64,000 nucleotides of DNA from Flavobacteriales bacterium (lineage in GTDB: Bacteria > Bacteroidota > Bacteroidia > Flavobacteriales_D > UBA2798): positions 86,500 to 150,499 of the forward strand of contig JAIBBF010000002.1 of assembly GCA_019694795.1 (NCBI GenBank), read 5' to 3'. Below, piece by piece: positions 48,535 through 58,057 of the stretch. The position numbers and the translations under genes were made by a program. Under the pieces are notes generated by a model. That model did not search any database. It was not told the origin of the DNA and saw only the letters and a program-made list of their open reading frames with translations. Every line of letters begins with the position of its first letter. The first letter of the stretch is position 1.

Positions 48535-49332
48535 ATGGAAATTACAGGAACCTTAGATAAAATGCGTACGGAGTTAAAGGACCGTGTGCATTATTTTTTG
48601 CAATTGGGTAAGGATGAAATTCCGATGAACGAATTCATTGGGAAATCCATTCAACTGCAAGCTACCGGATCGATCTTTTGTACGGTATGCGGACGAAAAA
48701 CGAATAAGTCATTCGGACAAGGATTTTGTTATCCCTGTTTTATGAATTCGCCCGAAAATTCAGAATGCATTGTTAAACCGGAATTATGTAAAGGTCACCT
48801 CGGTGAAGGGCGTGACCCCGAATGGGAGAAAAAGAATCATGTGCAACCGCATTATGTTTATCTAGCTTTGAGTTCCGACGTAAAAGTGGGAGTAACCCGC
48901 AATACACAAATCCCAACGCGGTGGATCGACCAGGGAGCTTCTGCTGCAATTATTCTTGCTGAAGTTCCTTACCGCCAACTTGCCGGAGAAATAGAGGTAT
49001 TTTTAAAAAATTATCTGCCTGATAAAACCAATTGGCAGCGCATGTTGAAAAATGAAATTGCGCAGGGAATTGATTTAAGCGAGCGAAAATCGGCAGCTGC
49101 AGCATTAATGCCCGAGCATCTTCGTCCCTATATTTTCCCCGACAATTCCATTACCGAAATTCATTTTCCAGTTATCGAATTTCCGCAAAAAGTAAAAAGC
49201 GTTTCATTGGAGAAAGCGGGAACTATTGGAGGGACGTTAAAAGGAATTAAAGGACAATACCTCTTGTTTGAAAATGGAATAGTCACCAATATCCGGAACC
49301 AATCGGGATATGAAATCAATCTAAGCGCATGA
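48535..49332 (+). CDS. DUF2797 family protein (Cys-rich zinc-ribbon-like segment)
   Basis: 265 aa with CTVCGRKTNKSFGQGFCYPCF...C...C. Length and layout match DUF2797. Confidence 0.65.
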   Translation: MEITGTLDKMRTELKDRVHYFLQLGKDEIPMNEFIGKSIQLQATGSIFCTVCGRKTNKSFGQGFCYPCFMNSPENSECIVKPELCKGHLGEGRDPEWEKKNHVQPHYVYLALSSDVKVGVTRNTQIPTRWIDQGASAAIILAEVPYRQLAGEIEVFLKNYLPDKTNWQRMLKNEIAQGIDLSERKSAAAALMPEHLRPYIFPDNSITEIHFPVIEFPQKVKSVSLEKAGTIGGTLKGIKGQYLLFENGIVTNIRNQSGYEINLSA

Positions 49333-50063
49333 AAAAATCTGTTCTAAATTTCACCGTTTTTTTCGCTGTCGTTTTTACAGCATGCAGCACCGAAGAAAGC
49401 AAAGAACAACAAAAGGAAAACACCGATTCGTTAACGGTGCAACAGGATAGCACCATGGCTGAAGTGGAGCGCTATTTCACCTGGGAAAAAATTTCGGAGG
49501 CTGATTATAAAAAAGTCGACGCGCCATACGATACACCACCTTCGGATGTGGAGAACGAAGAGGATTTTTACAAATCGCATTTTAACGGAAGAGTTTCGCG
49601 AAAGGATAGTCTGACCTTACAAATTCACACGGAAAAAGGTGATTTTTATTTAAAGGATCAACGCGATGATATGCTCGATGAATATTTGGTGCATGTGTTT
49701 TTCGGAATACAAGGCGATCTGGCCTTGGTGAAAAAGTATTATTACGAAGGAATGGGATTTGAATTTTATGATTTGAACACGGGCGATCACCACGATTGTT
49801 ATGGATATCCCGTTTTATCTCCCGATGCAAAACTTTTAATGGCATCCGGTGCCGATTTAACCGCGATGTACAGTTTTAACGGATTGGTCCTGTTTAAACG
49901 CGAAAAAGAAAAATGGGTGAAAGCCTGGGAATTGGAATTATCGCACTGGGAACCTTACGGATTACGTTGGGAGAATTCGAATACCATTGTTTTAAAAAGA
50001 AGCTGGCCATCCCATTTGGAAAATAGGCCTGAGCCCGATTATTTGCGTTTGAAATTGAAATAA
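49329..50063 (+). CDS. hypothetical lipoprotein
   Basis: Lipobox-like FAVVFTAC|S. The start overlaps the upstream stop by 4 nt. Confidence 0.55.
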   Translation: MKKSVLNFTVFFAVVFTACSTEESKEQQKENTDSLTVQQDSTMAEVERYFTWEKISEADYKKVDAPYDTPPSDVENEEDFYKSHFNGRVSRKDSLTLQIHTEKGDFYLKDQRDDMLDEYLVHVFFGIQGDLALVKKYYYEGMGFEFYDLNTGDHHDCYGYPVLSPDAKLLMASGADLTAMYSFNGLVLFKREKEKWVKAWELELSHWEPYGLRWENSNTIVLKRSWPSHLENRPEPDYLRLKLK

Positions 50064-50064
50064 A

Positions 50065-51111
50065 ATGAAAAATTATTTTGCACTACTTTTTGCATTTTTC
50101 CTGCTGTATGGATGTGGCGGATCAAACGAAAAAAAGCAGGAATTAATTCCCTATGAATTACACGGCGAAGCGCAAGGCACCACCTTTACCGTAAAATACC
50201 TGAGTAAAGATTCACTCGATTTATCACGCGAGGTGATGGATATTCTGGTGAACATTGATCAGGAATTATCATTATGGGTCGATTCATCTGAGCTCTGTAA
50301 ATTTAACCGTCAATCCCTTTCCACCCGATATATCGATTCCTCTTCCATTTATTTCCCATCGGTGTTTAAATTATCGAAAGAAGTTTTTCAACGCACAAAC
50401 GGCGCTTTTAATCCTGCTGTAATGCCATTGGTAAAATATTGGGGATTTGCACGTAAATCGGAACACCCGGAGCAAATTGATTCGCTAAAAATCGATTCAC
50501 TGATGCAGCATATTTCGTTTAACATGGTGCAACTGGTTGGAGCGGGATTTGTATATGCCGTTGCCGATTTTGATTTGCAATTGGATTTTAATGCGGTGGC
50601 TCAGGGATACAGTGTGGATGTGATTGCAGAATTGTTAACCAAAAACAACATCGAACATTACATGGTGGAAATCGGCGGGGAAGTGGTAGCGAAAGGAAAA
50701 AATGCACAAGGAGAGTGGTGGACCATTGGCATTGATAAGCCGAAGGACAACAATACCGATCGCGAATTGCAAGCTGTGGTTCATTTGGAAAACCGTGCCC
50801 TGGCCACTTCCGGAAATTACAGGAAGTTTTATGAAAAAGACGGAATAAAATATTCGCACACCATCGATCCTTCTACCGGATATCCGGTGCAACATACCTT
50901 GTTAAGCGCTTCAGTTTTTGCATCCGATTGCGGCACGGCAGATGCTTATGCCACGGCATTTATGGTAATGGGCGTTGAAAAAACGAAAGAATTTTTAAAG
51001 AAAAATCCGGATTTAAAACTGGATGTATATCTCATCTTCTCCGATGAAAAAGGCGAATTTAAAACCTGGATTTCGGAAGGAATAAAAGAGAAAATCGACG
51101 AAGAAAATTAA
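50065..51111 (+). CDS. apbE: FAD:protein FMN transferase
   Basis: Lipoprotein signal (LLYGCGG). ApbE-like segments FNPAV, LDFNAVAQGY, ALATSGNYRKF, SHTIDPSTGYP and ADAYATAFMVMG. Confidence 0.88.
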   Translation: MKNYFALLFAFFLLYGCGGSNEKKQELIPYELHGEAQGTTFTVKYLSKDSLDLSREVMDILVNIDQELSLWVDSSELCKFNRQSLSTRYIDSSSIYFPSVFKLSKEVFQRTNGAFNPAVMPLVKYWGFARKSEHPEQIDSLKIDSLMQHISFNMVQLVGAGFVYAVADFDLQLDFNAVAQGYSVDVIAELLTKNNIEHYMVEIGGEVVAKGKNAQGEWWTIGIDKPKDNNTDRELQAVVHLENRALATSGNYRKFYEKDGIKYSHTIDPSTGYPVQHTLLSASVFASDCGTADAYATAFMVMGVEKTKEFLKKNPDLKLDVYLIFSDEKGEFKTWISEGIKEKIDEEN

Positions 51112-51299
51112 TCTTCACGCTGACATTGCTCTTCGGGTTTTGCTCCGCAAATGGAACAACTAACACCCTCTTCGCGCAATACCGGATTATTACTGGCACA
51201 GGTACCGGCAAACTTTCCGTCTTTTTTCAAAAGCAATTTCACAGCGATTCCTGCAAATGCAAAAACCATCAATCCAATCGTTATTAATACCAGTTTCAT
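51108..51299 (-). CDS. nqrM: NqrM-like small membrane protein (Na+-NQR maturation, DUF539-like)
   Basis: One TM helix (MKLVLITIGLMVFAFAGIAV) followed by a Cys cluster (GTCASN...SCSICGAKPEEQC). Adjacent to apbE. The ATG at 51299 is preferred. Confidence 0.55.
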   Translation of the reverse strand: MKLVLITIGLMVFAFAGIAVKLLLKKDGKFAGTCASNNPVLREEGVSCSICGAKPEEQCQRED

Positions 51300-51378
51300 A
51301 AGAAAGCTTTTTGCAAATATACATTTTCCTATTGCGGTGCTCAAGAAAAAAGAGGAAAAGAAGCGACTTGTAAATGGT

Positions 51379-52113
51379 TTATTGTAAAGGTTTTACATCA
51401 CCCGTGCCGATTTTAAAAATCGTAAGTGCCGGATTTCCGCGGTACCAGGTGGTGCTGAAGGATTCAATTTCCACCAATAGAGAATTGGTTGCATTCACAT
51501 AAAAATCGCCGGAGGAGGCGTTGTTGACGTGCACATCGTTGCTGATGAGATTTTCGGTGTGACAAATACTCATTCCTGCCGAATACAAATAAGTGAAATT
51601 GGAGTTCCCCGTCAGGTATAAATTACTCACACCGGTGTGAAGAATGGCAAACAAGGAATCGCATTGCAGATCGAGCAACACATCCGATCCGCCGCCTTCG
51701 GTTAGTAGGGTAAGACTGGGAAATTGCAGACGATTGGCACTTTTAATGTCGCCACCTCCTGCGTATTCAATTTTGGTTAATTGCGGCGTATAAATGTGAA
51801 CATCGATTTCATATTTATAACTGCGCATGAAATTCCATTTGTTATTGTTTCGGATTTTAAGAATGTTTCCTTCAAGCGTGGTCGTGATTTTTGGTAAAAG
51901 ATTTTTTCCGGCAACCACTTCTACATGCTGATTAATGCTGTCCTGATGAATAATTACATTGACGTTATCATCAATATCCAGTTGCGTAAATCCATTCACT
52001 ACGCGTGTTTCCTTGGTAATGGCACCGGTGGTCTTAAACATATCCGGCGCATCTTCCTTATTGCATGAAGATACAATGGCAAGCAGCACCAGACTGAACA
52101 ATAATTTATTCAT
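51379..52113 (-). CDS. DUF2807-like lipoprotein (putative adhesin head GIN domain)
   Basis: Lipobox LAIVSSC, then GAITKETRVVNGFTQLDIDDNVNVIIHQ...VEVVAGKNLLPKITTTLEGNILKI, which is the typical DUF2807 layout. The track's upstream extension overlaps the neighbouring gene. Confidence 0.65.
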   Translation of the reverse strand: MNKLLFSLVLLAIVSSCNKEDAPDMFKTTGAITKETRVVNGFTQLDIDDNVNVIIHQDSINQHVEVVAGKNLLPKITTTLEGNILKIRNNNKWNFMRSYKYEIDVHIYTPQLTKIEYAGGGDIKSANRLQFPSLTLLTEGGGSDVLLDLQCDSLFAILHTGVSNLYLTGNSNFTYLYSAGMSICHTENLISNDVHVNNASSGDFYVNATNSLLVEIESFSTTWYRGNPALTIFKIGTGDVKPLQ

Positions 52114-53227
52114 GCACCGCTCCTTTCTTTTTTTCGGATTGGAAAAAACGATAACCGATTCCAGCTTCCAGATAATCGGCCTTAGCAAAATGTGTTTTAA
52201 GCGCAACCTGTGCAATGATGTTATTGCCGAAGAAATAACGAATGGCGAGTCGGTGGTAAAAGGGACCATCACCTTTGTATTTACTCATCACGTAATTTCC
52301 CCACTGAAACGAAATTTTTAATTGATCCATATTCATTTCCAGTCCGGCCATCACTCCGGCTTGCGTAAAATCCCATTTGGAATCCCATACTCCGAATTCC
52401 GTATGATAAGCCGTACGAAGAGAACCATTATTCATCACATCAATTCCGCCTAACACAGAAAATTTTCTGCTAAAACGAAAAGCTGCAAAACTCTCCAATG
52501 ATAAACAACCGTATTTGGGTCCGTCCGGCGCTCCTAATTCACGTGTGCCGCCACTGAATAATACAGCCGCATAAACTGATTTTGTAAATGCGGGAAGTTC
52601 ATACGAACCTTTCTTTGGATAATCGGCCTTTCCGAAATGATAACGCGCATCTAAAAATACAGCCGGCATATTGATACCGAGATTGGGCATTTTAAACGAT
52701 CCGTTCGAAAAATGAAGCATGGAAATTCCAAATCCATAATCGAGATGCTGGTGTTTAAAAAGAAGTTGGGTTTGTATGGACATAATGCCGTTGAAGTGTG
52801 TTCCGATGGCATTGTTTTTATTGTTTTCGAGGCGGTCGAAAGGTTTTGTGACATATCCGACTCCCGTTCCCAGACGAATATTCCATTCGAATGAAGTTTT
52901 TCGGATGAAATGCAGATTGGCATAGTGAATCAAAGCGAATCCGTTTCCGATCAATTGCGGATTGGCCAGATTGCCTGCATAAAAAGCTACACCGTGTGAT
53001 GGGTATCCGAAATTTTTATGCCAGTCTTTTTTACCGAGACTCCGCTCTGCATACAATTCAAAACTGGGAATGTGATGTTGAATCAAATGCACCATTGAAG
53101 GACGATGCGCAATGAGGAATCCGTATTGAGGCCGAAATCCGAAGGACCAGGTGCTATCGGGCTCAGCGCTGGCAATCAGGCTGTGCAATAGAATAGCGAA
53201 CAGAATTAAACTTCTCTTACCGGTCAT
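52106..53227 (-). CDS. PagL-like lipid A deacylase / acyloxyacyl hydrolase (outer-membrane beta-barrel)
   Basis: Signal peptide, then FGFRPQYGFLIAHRPSM and the catalytic-type motif LHFSNG (His-x-Ser-Asn-Gly, as in PagL). Confidence 0.6.
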   Translation of the reverse strand: MTGKRSLILFAILLHSLIASAEPDSTWSFGFRPQYGFLIAHRPSMVHLIQHHIPSFELYAERSLGKKDWHKNFGYPSHGVAFYAGNLANPQLIGNGFALIHYANLHFIRKTSFEWNIRLGTGVGYVTKPFDRLENNKNNAIGTHFNGIMSIQTQLLFKHQHLDYGFGISMLHFSNGSFKMPNLGINMPAVFLDARYHFGKADYPKKGSYELPAFTKSVYAAVLFSGGTRELGAPDGPKYGCLSLESFAAFRFSRKFSVLGGIDVMNNGSLRTAYHTEFGVWDSKWDFTQAGVMAGLEMNMDQLKISFQWGNYVMSKYKGDGPFYHRLAIRYFFGNNIIAQVALKTHFAKADYLEAGIGYRFFQSEKKKGAVHE

Positions 53228-53287
53228 TGTGTAAAAATAGTAAAAAGAGGTCCTTCCATCGGTGTCTCTTTTCGTTATTTTTAGATC

Positions 53288-54058
53288 ATGGCAACATTAG
53301 ATGAAAAGAAGGACGCCTTTGCGCGTTTGTTAAAAATAATGGATGAACTCCGGGAGCAATGTCCCTGGGACAAAAAGCAAACCCTTGAATCGCTGCGGAT
53401 TTTGACGATTGAGGAGACCTATGAATTGGCCGATGCCATTATAGAGGGGGATCTTAATGAAATTAAAAAAGAGCTGGGCGATATCATGCTTCACCTGGTG
53501 TTCTATGCCCGGATTGCTTCTGAAAAACAAGCTTTTGATATTGCAGATGTACTCCATTCCGTTTGTGATAAATTGATTGAACGTCACCCCCACATTTACG
53601 GTGATGTAAAAGTGGAGAATGAAGAGGAGGTAAAAGCCAACTGGGAAAAAATCAAACTGAAATCGGGTAATCGTTCCGTATTGGAAGGGGTGCCGGTTTC
53701 ATTACCTGCTATGGTAAAAGCGGTTCGTATACAGGAAAAAGCACGGGGCGTTGGGTTTGACTGGGATAATGATTATCAGGTATGGGATAAAGTGAATGAG
53801 GAATTGTCGGAACTTAAACATGAAGTGGATACGAAAAGTGATAAGGTGGCCGATGAGTTTGGGGACGTCCTTTTTTCCATGATTAATTATGCCCGTTTCA
53901 TTGGGGTGAATCCCGAAGAAGCCCTGGAGCGTACCAATAAAAAATTCATACGCCGTTTTCAATTCCTTGAAACTGAATCGGCAAAAGATGGAAAAAAAAT
54001 GGGCGAGATGTCGCTCGAAGAAATGGATTATTACTGGAACAAAGCCAAAACACTTTAA
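53288..54058 (+). CDS. mazG: nucleoside triphosphate pyrophosphohydrolase MazG (two-domain)
   Basis: CPWDKKQTLESLRILTIEETYELADAI and a second EExxE/D module, EELSELKHE...DEFGDVLF. Confidence 0.9.
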   Translation: MATLDEKKDAFARLLKIMDELREQCPWDKKQTLESLRILTIEETYELADAIIEGDLNEIKKELGDIMLHLVFYARIASEKQAFDIADVLHSVCDKLIERHPHIYGDVKVENEEEVKANWEKIKLKSGNRSVLEGVPVSLPAMVKAVRIQEKARGVGFDWDNDYQVWDKVNEELSELKHEVDTKSDKVADEFGDVLFSMINYARFIGVNPEEALERTNKKFIRRFQFLETESAKDGKKMGEMSLEEMDYYWNKAKTL

Positions 54059-54061
54059 GGC

Positions 54062-55288
54062 ATGTTTATTGCATTTAACACCAAAAGCTCAATGATGAAA
54101 TCATTATTATTCGCCGGTTTATTACTGGCATCCTTCGATATCGCCGCTCAGGGTAATCACCAACCCGGACAACGCACGCGTCCCACCCGCGAAGAACCCG
54201 AGGCGGATTGCGGCTCGGATTTGGAGTATGATGAAAAAAAAGATTTAATCCTCCACGCTAAATCGCTGGCGCCCTACACGGGGATTTGTCGCTCGTATTA
54301 TGAGGACAATCGGCTGGAGCGGGAAGTCCATTTCGTAGATGGCAAAGAAGACGGAATTGCTACCACATATTATAAGCGTAACGACGAAAAGAAATTCGAT
54401 GCAAATCCGGGAAAAGTGATGGCCATTACTGAACATAAAATGGGAGTGCCCAATGGAACCTGGAAATATTACTACGAAACGCAGGTCGACGAAAAAGACA
54501 AACTGGCCTGGGAAAACACGTATAAAGAAGGAAAGAAAGACGGCGAATGGAAATACTATTTCGAAAACGGAATAGAAAAGAAAATTGAAAACTGGAAAGA
54601 AGATAAAAAGAACGGCGTGTTCATTGAGTTTTTTGCCAATGGAAAAAAGAAAACCGAGATCAATTACAAGGACGATAAAATGCATGGCGACTACAAAATG
54701 TATTTCGACGATGAAACTCCTTTTATTGAGAAAAAATATGTAGAGGGAAAACAAGACGGAGAAGAAATTTCCTATCATAAAAACGCACAAATCGCTTCCA
54801 TTAAGCGCTATAAAATGGGTGTAGAAGAGGGGACATGGAGAACTTATTATGATGATGGAAAAGAAAAATCGACCCTCACCTATGTGAACGGAAAAATTGT
54901 GGGTGAGCAGAAAGAATTTTTTAAGGAAGGTCAGCTCAAACGTAAAATCGTTTATGTGGACGGAAAAATCACCCTGAACGAAGGGTTTGATGAATTCGGA
55001 AACAAGGTGGATCAGGAAGATATTACCTATTTTAAGAATGGAAAAACCGCTACGGTAAAACGTCAGAAAATGGGAAATCCCGACGGTGCCTGGAAAACCT
55101 ATTATGAAAACGGGAAAATGAAAAGTCTCGAAAATTATTCGCAGGGACGATTAGAAGGGGAACAAAAAGAATTCTGGGAAACCGGAAAATTAAAACGCCG
55201 CATTGTTTATCAGGACGGTGAAATTGTGTTAACGGAAGATTACGATAAAGACGGGAAGAAAATCGGAGGAGAATCGGAAGATAAATAA
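54062..55288 (+). CDS. MORN-variant (YwqK-type) repeat protein, secreted
   Basis: Signal peptide (MMKSLLFAGLLLASFDIAAQG), then about 12 repeats of the G(K/x)xDGxW(K/R)xY(Y/F)xNG type. Confidence 0.8.
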   Translation: MFIAFNTKSSMMKSLLFAGLLLASFDIAAQGNHQPGQRTRPTREEPEADCGSDLEYDEKKDLILHAKSLAPYTGICRSYYEDNRLEREVHFVDGKEDGIATTYYKRNDEKKFDANPGKVMAITEHKMGVPNGTWKYYYETQVDEKDKLAWENTYKEGKKDGEWKYYFENGIEKKIENWKEDKKNGVFIEFFANGKKKTEINYKDDKMHGDYKMYFDDETPFIEKKYVEGKQDGEEISYHKNAQIASIKRYKMGVEEGTWRTYYDDGKEKSTLTYVNGKIVGEQKEFFKEGQLKRKIVYVDGKITLNEGFDEFGNKVDQEDITYFKNGKTATVKRQKMGNPDGAWKTYYENGKMKSLENYSQGRLEGEQKEFWETGKLKRRIVYQDGEIVLTEDYDKDGKKIGGESEDK

Positions 55289-55290
55289 GT

Positions 55291-56235
55291 ATGATCGTTC
55301 GGTTAAAAGGAAATTTTTCCAGCTATATTTTTGATCCCGAAAATGAAAAAACGACCCTTCGAAAAAATGGTCGTTTTTCGTTGGTGTATTTGGGCAAAGA
55401 TGAAATCACCTCGCAAACCGTCATCATTAAACAACTGCATCCCCGGCTCATTGGCAAACAGCAGGAAACAGAGCGGTTCAGATCGGAATACCGTCCCGAT
55501 TTTCGTTTAAACGGATTTTCGCATACCATCGATTTTATTGAGGCCGATCATCAGTTGTACCTTATTCGCAATTTTATTGAAGGCGAAGATTTTTCTACTG
55601 AGTCGCGCAAAAAATGGATCCGCAAATGTTCTGTTGCAGAACGAAGAAATATTTTACTCGAAATGTTAAGTCGTGTAAATGATTTACACGAAGCAGGAAT
55701 CATTCATGGCGATTTAAAACCTTCTAATTTTATTATTGGTCCGCACAACCAAATCAGTCTGATTGATCTCGGAGCCGGAATAGCATCTGATCCTTCACTA
55801 CGTGGGCCAAAAAATGAACAACATCCATTGCCTTTTGCCTTTCGCTATTCGGCGCCGGAGCTAATGCTAAATGAAGTGGATTTAATTGATGCACGCAGCG
55901 ATTTGTTTTCACTCGGTGTGCTTTGGTTTGAATTGCTCAGCGGAAAAGCAGCCTGGGAAGATGCAAACCCTGCCGTGCTTATGAATCTTCAAATGGTTTA
56001 TCCGCTCGTTAACAATGGATCCATTTCGAAAAATCTGTTTGAACTGCTCGAGAAAATGACCGCGCGCTATTCCTTTCGCATTCCTCCTAACCGGATTTCG
56101 GCGGATGAACGAAGAAAAGGACTCATTGCCGGATTAGAAAAGCGCTTTTCCTCTGCATCAGAAGTCCGTGCTGCACTTGAAAACTTGTATTCCGACGATT
56201 TTATGTTGAAATCAGTATTCTGGAATCTATTCTGA
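55291..56235 (+). CDS. Ser/Thr protein kinase (Hanks-type, non-RD)
   Basis: VIIKQL (VAIK Lys), IIHGDLKPSNFII (HGD in place of HRD), LIDLGAG (DLG in place of DFG) and YSAPE. No TM or sensor domain. Confidence 0.8.
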   Translation: MIVRLKGNFSSYIFDPENEKTTLRKNGRFSLVYLGKDEITSQTVIIKQLHPRLIGKQQETERFRSEYRPDFRLNGFSHTIDFIEADHQLYLIRNFIEGEDFSTESRKKWIRKCSVAERRNILLEMLSRVNDLHEAGIIHGDLKPSNFIIGPHNQISLIDLGAGIASDPSLRGPKNEQHPLPFAFRYSAPELMLNEVDLIDARSDLFSLGVLWFELLSGKAAWEDANPAVLMNLQMVYPLVNNGSISKNLFELLEKMTARYSFRIPPNRISADERRKGLIAGLEKRFSSASEVRAALENLYSDDFMLKSVFWNLF

Positions 56236-58053
56236 TTAACGCGATACAAAATCGGCGTAGGCGCGCTGTAAATAGCTTTTGTTGAGCTTCTCCAGTTGAG
56301 GATCGCCATCGTGTTGGGAATTGCCGAAGAAAAAGATGTGGTGGGCTTTATCGGTGATGATTCCGGTGGCGTTTTCATTGCAATAAAATCCAAATCCGTT
56401 TTTACTCCTCAGCATATTTCGGCTAAATGGATAATGCTGCCCGAGCGATAGTCCGGCGGAAATTGTTGCCGCAATATCATGTTGTGCCACCACACGTTCA
56501 ATGCTCTTCCCTTTTAGATTCGGATGCAAAGCACCACCGGTAAATAACAAGGTAACGCGGCGCGATTCCGGGAAATTTAAATTGCGGTTCAGGGGGAGAT
56601 AGTGACCGTGATCTGCCACCAGTACAAAAAGCGTGTTATTGTACCAGCTTTGTTTTTTCACTTGTGCAAAATATTCACGCAAACAATGATCGGTGTAATA
56701 GGCAGCGCGACAGAATTTATCGTAATCACTGTTCGATTTAAACGGAGTTTCTATGGGGACTTCCCAGGGTTCGTGCGTGCTCAGGGTGAGGAGTCCCGAA
56801 AAAAATGGTTGTTTTTCTTTGTTTAAAAAGTCGATTTGCTTTTGAAGAACAGATCCGTCATGCGCTCCCCATTTGCTGTTGTATTCGCTGGCATTAAAAT
56901 CTGTTTTATCGCAGATATAATCCATGGAATGCTGATTGAGAAAGGAACCCATATTGGCGAATTCAATATCTCCTCCATAAAAGAAACTGGTGGCGTATCC
57001 TTGTTTTTTTAAATCGTCGCTGAGCGCAGGTAAGGTTTCTGTTTTAGCCGGATAAGCCAATATGGTATTGTCGGGTTGAGCAGGATATCCGCTGAATACT
57101 GCAACCAATCCCTGATCGGTTCTGTAACCGGATGCATAGGCATTTTTGCACCACAAGCTTTCGTTAATGAGACTATCCGTAAATGGAGCAACGCCTTTGG
57201 TTGCGCCGTTGCGTTCCAGTACATCAGCGGTCCAGCTTTCCAATAGAATGATCACCACATTCGGTTTCCCTGTGGTTGTAAGACTGTCGCCGAGTGCCGT
57301 GTTTTCTTCCGGGAGTAAAAAATCTTCCGTGATTTTTTGGGCTTCTTCTTCAGAAAAAAAATGGTATTTATCGCTGACGAAAAAGAATTCCGAGGCCGAA
57401 TGCAAAAAATAAAAAACCGGATTAATGGCTAAATGATTATTGGCAGGGAAGGAGGAATACGAAGCAGAACTTTCGTTGATGGGAATCAATTGCCAGCCGC
57501 CGCGGATACCGAAAAATAAAAGTGGAATACCAATTATAAAATGCAGAAATACTTTTTTTACCTCCTGGTACGAATCAGTGATTTTATTTTTTAAAACGAT
57601 AATACCCCAACTTAATCCCACCAATAAAACCGGCAACAAAATCAATTTCCAGGTATCCATGAAATGTGAAATCTCGGCCGGATTTTTTAAATAAAGCAGC
57701 AGTCGTTTATTCAGCAAGGTTTTCCACGATTCATACAATCCGATATTGCTGATGAGAATGGTGACCACCAAGGGAATCAGCAAAAAGTGCAGCCATTTTC
57801 CCAATTTATGCCAGGGTCCCTTCGGAAAATACTGGTGCAAAATCCAGAATAAAAACGGAAGAGTAGTGAGGTAGCACGACATACTCAAATCCAATCGCAA
57901 AGCTGCAATAAATGCACGCGCAGTATGCATCGCTCCGCCTTCGGTTTGGTCGGAATACAACAATAAAAACAAAAGCCGGAATACAGCAAAAAGCAACATC
58001 CAGAACAGGATGAGCTGAATGGGGTAGGGCACTTTGTTTCGAAATGAATTCAT
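56236..58053 (-). CDS. LTA synthase / sulfatase family membrane protein (alkaline-phosphatase superfamily)
   Basis: About 5 N-terminal TM helices plus an extracytoplasmic sulfatase domain (VVIILLESW, GYRTDQG, VLVADHG). Confidence 0.8.
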   Translation of the reverse strand: MNSFRNKVPYPIQLILFWMLLFAVFRLLFLLLYSDQTEGGAMHTARAFIAALRLDLSMSCYLTTLPFLFWILHQYFPKGPWHKLGKWLHFLLIPLVVTILISNIGLYESWKTLLNKRLLLYLKNPAEISHFMDTWKLILLPVLLVGLSWGIIVLKNKITDSYQEVKKVFLHFIIGIPLLFFGIRGGWQLIPINESSASYSSFPANNHLAINPVFYFLHSASEFFFVSDKYHFFSEEEAQKITEDFLLPEENTALGDSLTTTGKPNVVIILLESWTADVLERNGATKGVAPFTDSLINESLWCKNAYASGYRTDQGLVAVFSGYPAQPDNTILAYPAKTETLPALSDDLKKQGYATSFFYGGDIEFANMGSFLNQHSMDYICDKTDFNASEYNSKWGAHDGSVLQKQIDFLNKEKQPFFSGLLTLSTHEPWEVPIETPFKSNSDYDKFCRAAYYTDHCLREYFAQVKKQSWYNNTLFVLVADHGHYLPLNRNLNFPESRRVTLLFTGGALHPNLKGKSIERVVAQHDIAATISAGLSLGQHYPFSRNMLRSKNGFGFYCNENATGIITDKAHHIFFFGNSQHDGDPQLEKLNKSYLQRAYADFVSR

Positions 58054-58057
58054 CCGC

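Noticed and set aside
49845-49856. SGAD in the lipoprotein encoded just upstream of apbE, one residue away from the ApbE flavinylation motif (S/T)GA(T/S).
   Set aside because: The FMN-acceptor Thr/Ser position is Asp and the upstream Asp of the Dxx(S/T)GAT consensus is missing. As written, this is not a flavinylation site.
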